From positions 107,910 to 171,909 of IMG/VR virus record IMGVR_UViG_3300045912_000789: 64,000 nt of DNA, one strand, 5' to 3'. Below the pieces are notes generated by a model that made no database searches, had not been told where the DNA came from, and was given only the letters and a program-made list of their open reading frames with translations. How positions within the stretch are numbered: the stretch's first letter is position 1; every line of letters starts with the position of its first letter. The DNA comes from a virus. Below are positions 63,619-64,000 of the stretch, piece by piece. The position numbers and the translations under genes are program-made.

Positions 63619-63822
63619 ATGAACCACACGTACCGGGTCGAGATCGTCAATGGCCAGCACCTCTCCGGACGGGTGGGGCAGAAGCTGGAGGAGGCGATGC
63701 GTCTCGTGGCCGACGAGATGAACGCTGCCAACACCGCCACCAGCCGGGTTCGAGTGATCGACGAGATGGCCAACGAGGTCGTCTTCAACGTCGAGCGCAA
63801 GGACGGGGAGTGGGTGACATGA
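63619..63822 (+). CDS. small hypothetical protein
   Basis: AAGGAGG RBS. Confidence 0.65.
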   Translation: MNHTYRVEIVNGQHLSGRVGQKLEEAMRLVADEMNAANTATSRVRVIDEMANEVVFNVERKDGEWVT

Positions 63823-63828
63823 ACGCTT

Positions 63829-63858
63829 GCGCCCGGCCTCTACGGAGGCTGAGGGCGC
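63829..63858 (+). terminator. cTACGg hairpin
   Basis: GCGCCC-GGCCTC-TACG-GAGGCT-GA-GGGCGC. Confidence 0.55.
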
Positions 63859-63870
63859 GATCGTTTGTCC

Positions 63871-63877
63871 CTATAAG
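63871..63877 (+). promoter_or_regulatory. CTATNAG element (CTATAAG)
   Basis: Upstream of 63922. Confidence 0.65.
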
Positions 63878-63921
63878 ACTGTGGAGAGGACCTCCACAAC
63901 ACCGAACTGAAGGAGAACACC

Positions 63922-64000
63922 ATGGCAAAGGCAAAGACGATCACGGTTGGCGACGACGGCGAGATCCGCCCGGCGGTCGTCCGACAGGCACACCCCACGA
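63922..64000 (+). CDS. hypothetical protein, 3'-truncated
   Basis: AAGGAG RBS; MAKAKTITVGDDG... Confidence 0.6.
   Translation, partial: MAKAKTITVGDDGEIRPAVVRQAHPT

Noticed and set aside
1-64000. Genome-wide TAG reassignment
   Set aside because: Only one internal TAG found; several genes end in TAG directly before terminator hairpins.
1-64000. Abundant GATC/CGATCG as a methylation or HIP1-like signal
   Set aside because: Plausibly explained by ATC (Ile) codon preference and TGA-TC stop contexts; excess cannot be shown without a codon-aware count.

Overview
A 64 kb slice of a high-GC (roughly two-thirds G+C by eye) large myovirus (jumbo-type) phage genome, probably infecting a myxobacterium (host is inference). 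Bases 1-19.5 kb are a + strand virion module: prohead protease, scaffold/internal head proteins, decoration protein, major capsid protein, neck, tail terminator, sheath and tube. The rest is a mosaic of short accessory transcription units encoding nucleotide metabolism (ndk, dcd, thyX, MazG-like, NDT-like), DNA metabolism (two DEDDh exonucleases, split RecD2, RNase HII, ATP-dependent ligase), stress and counter-defence functions (tmRNA, SpoT/Mesh1-like HD hydrolase, DarG-like macrodomain, SLOG, AhpD) and many hypotheticals. Main signals: (i) a dense K-x-A/S motif that appears to divide head proteins into modules (degenerate bacterioferritin, DUF6582-, InPase-, DUF5661-like domains, Gly/Ala membrane peptides), suggesting protease-released virion cargo; (ii) a CTATNAG element seen upstream of about 17 accessory units and not noticed in the structural module; (iii) an otherwise intact ndk broken by one in-frame TAG, plus two +1 frame breaks; (iv) structured 5' leaders, including a two-state RNA before a secreted wall hydrolase. 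All family calls are by-eye motif recognition; no search was run.
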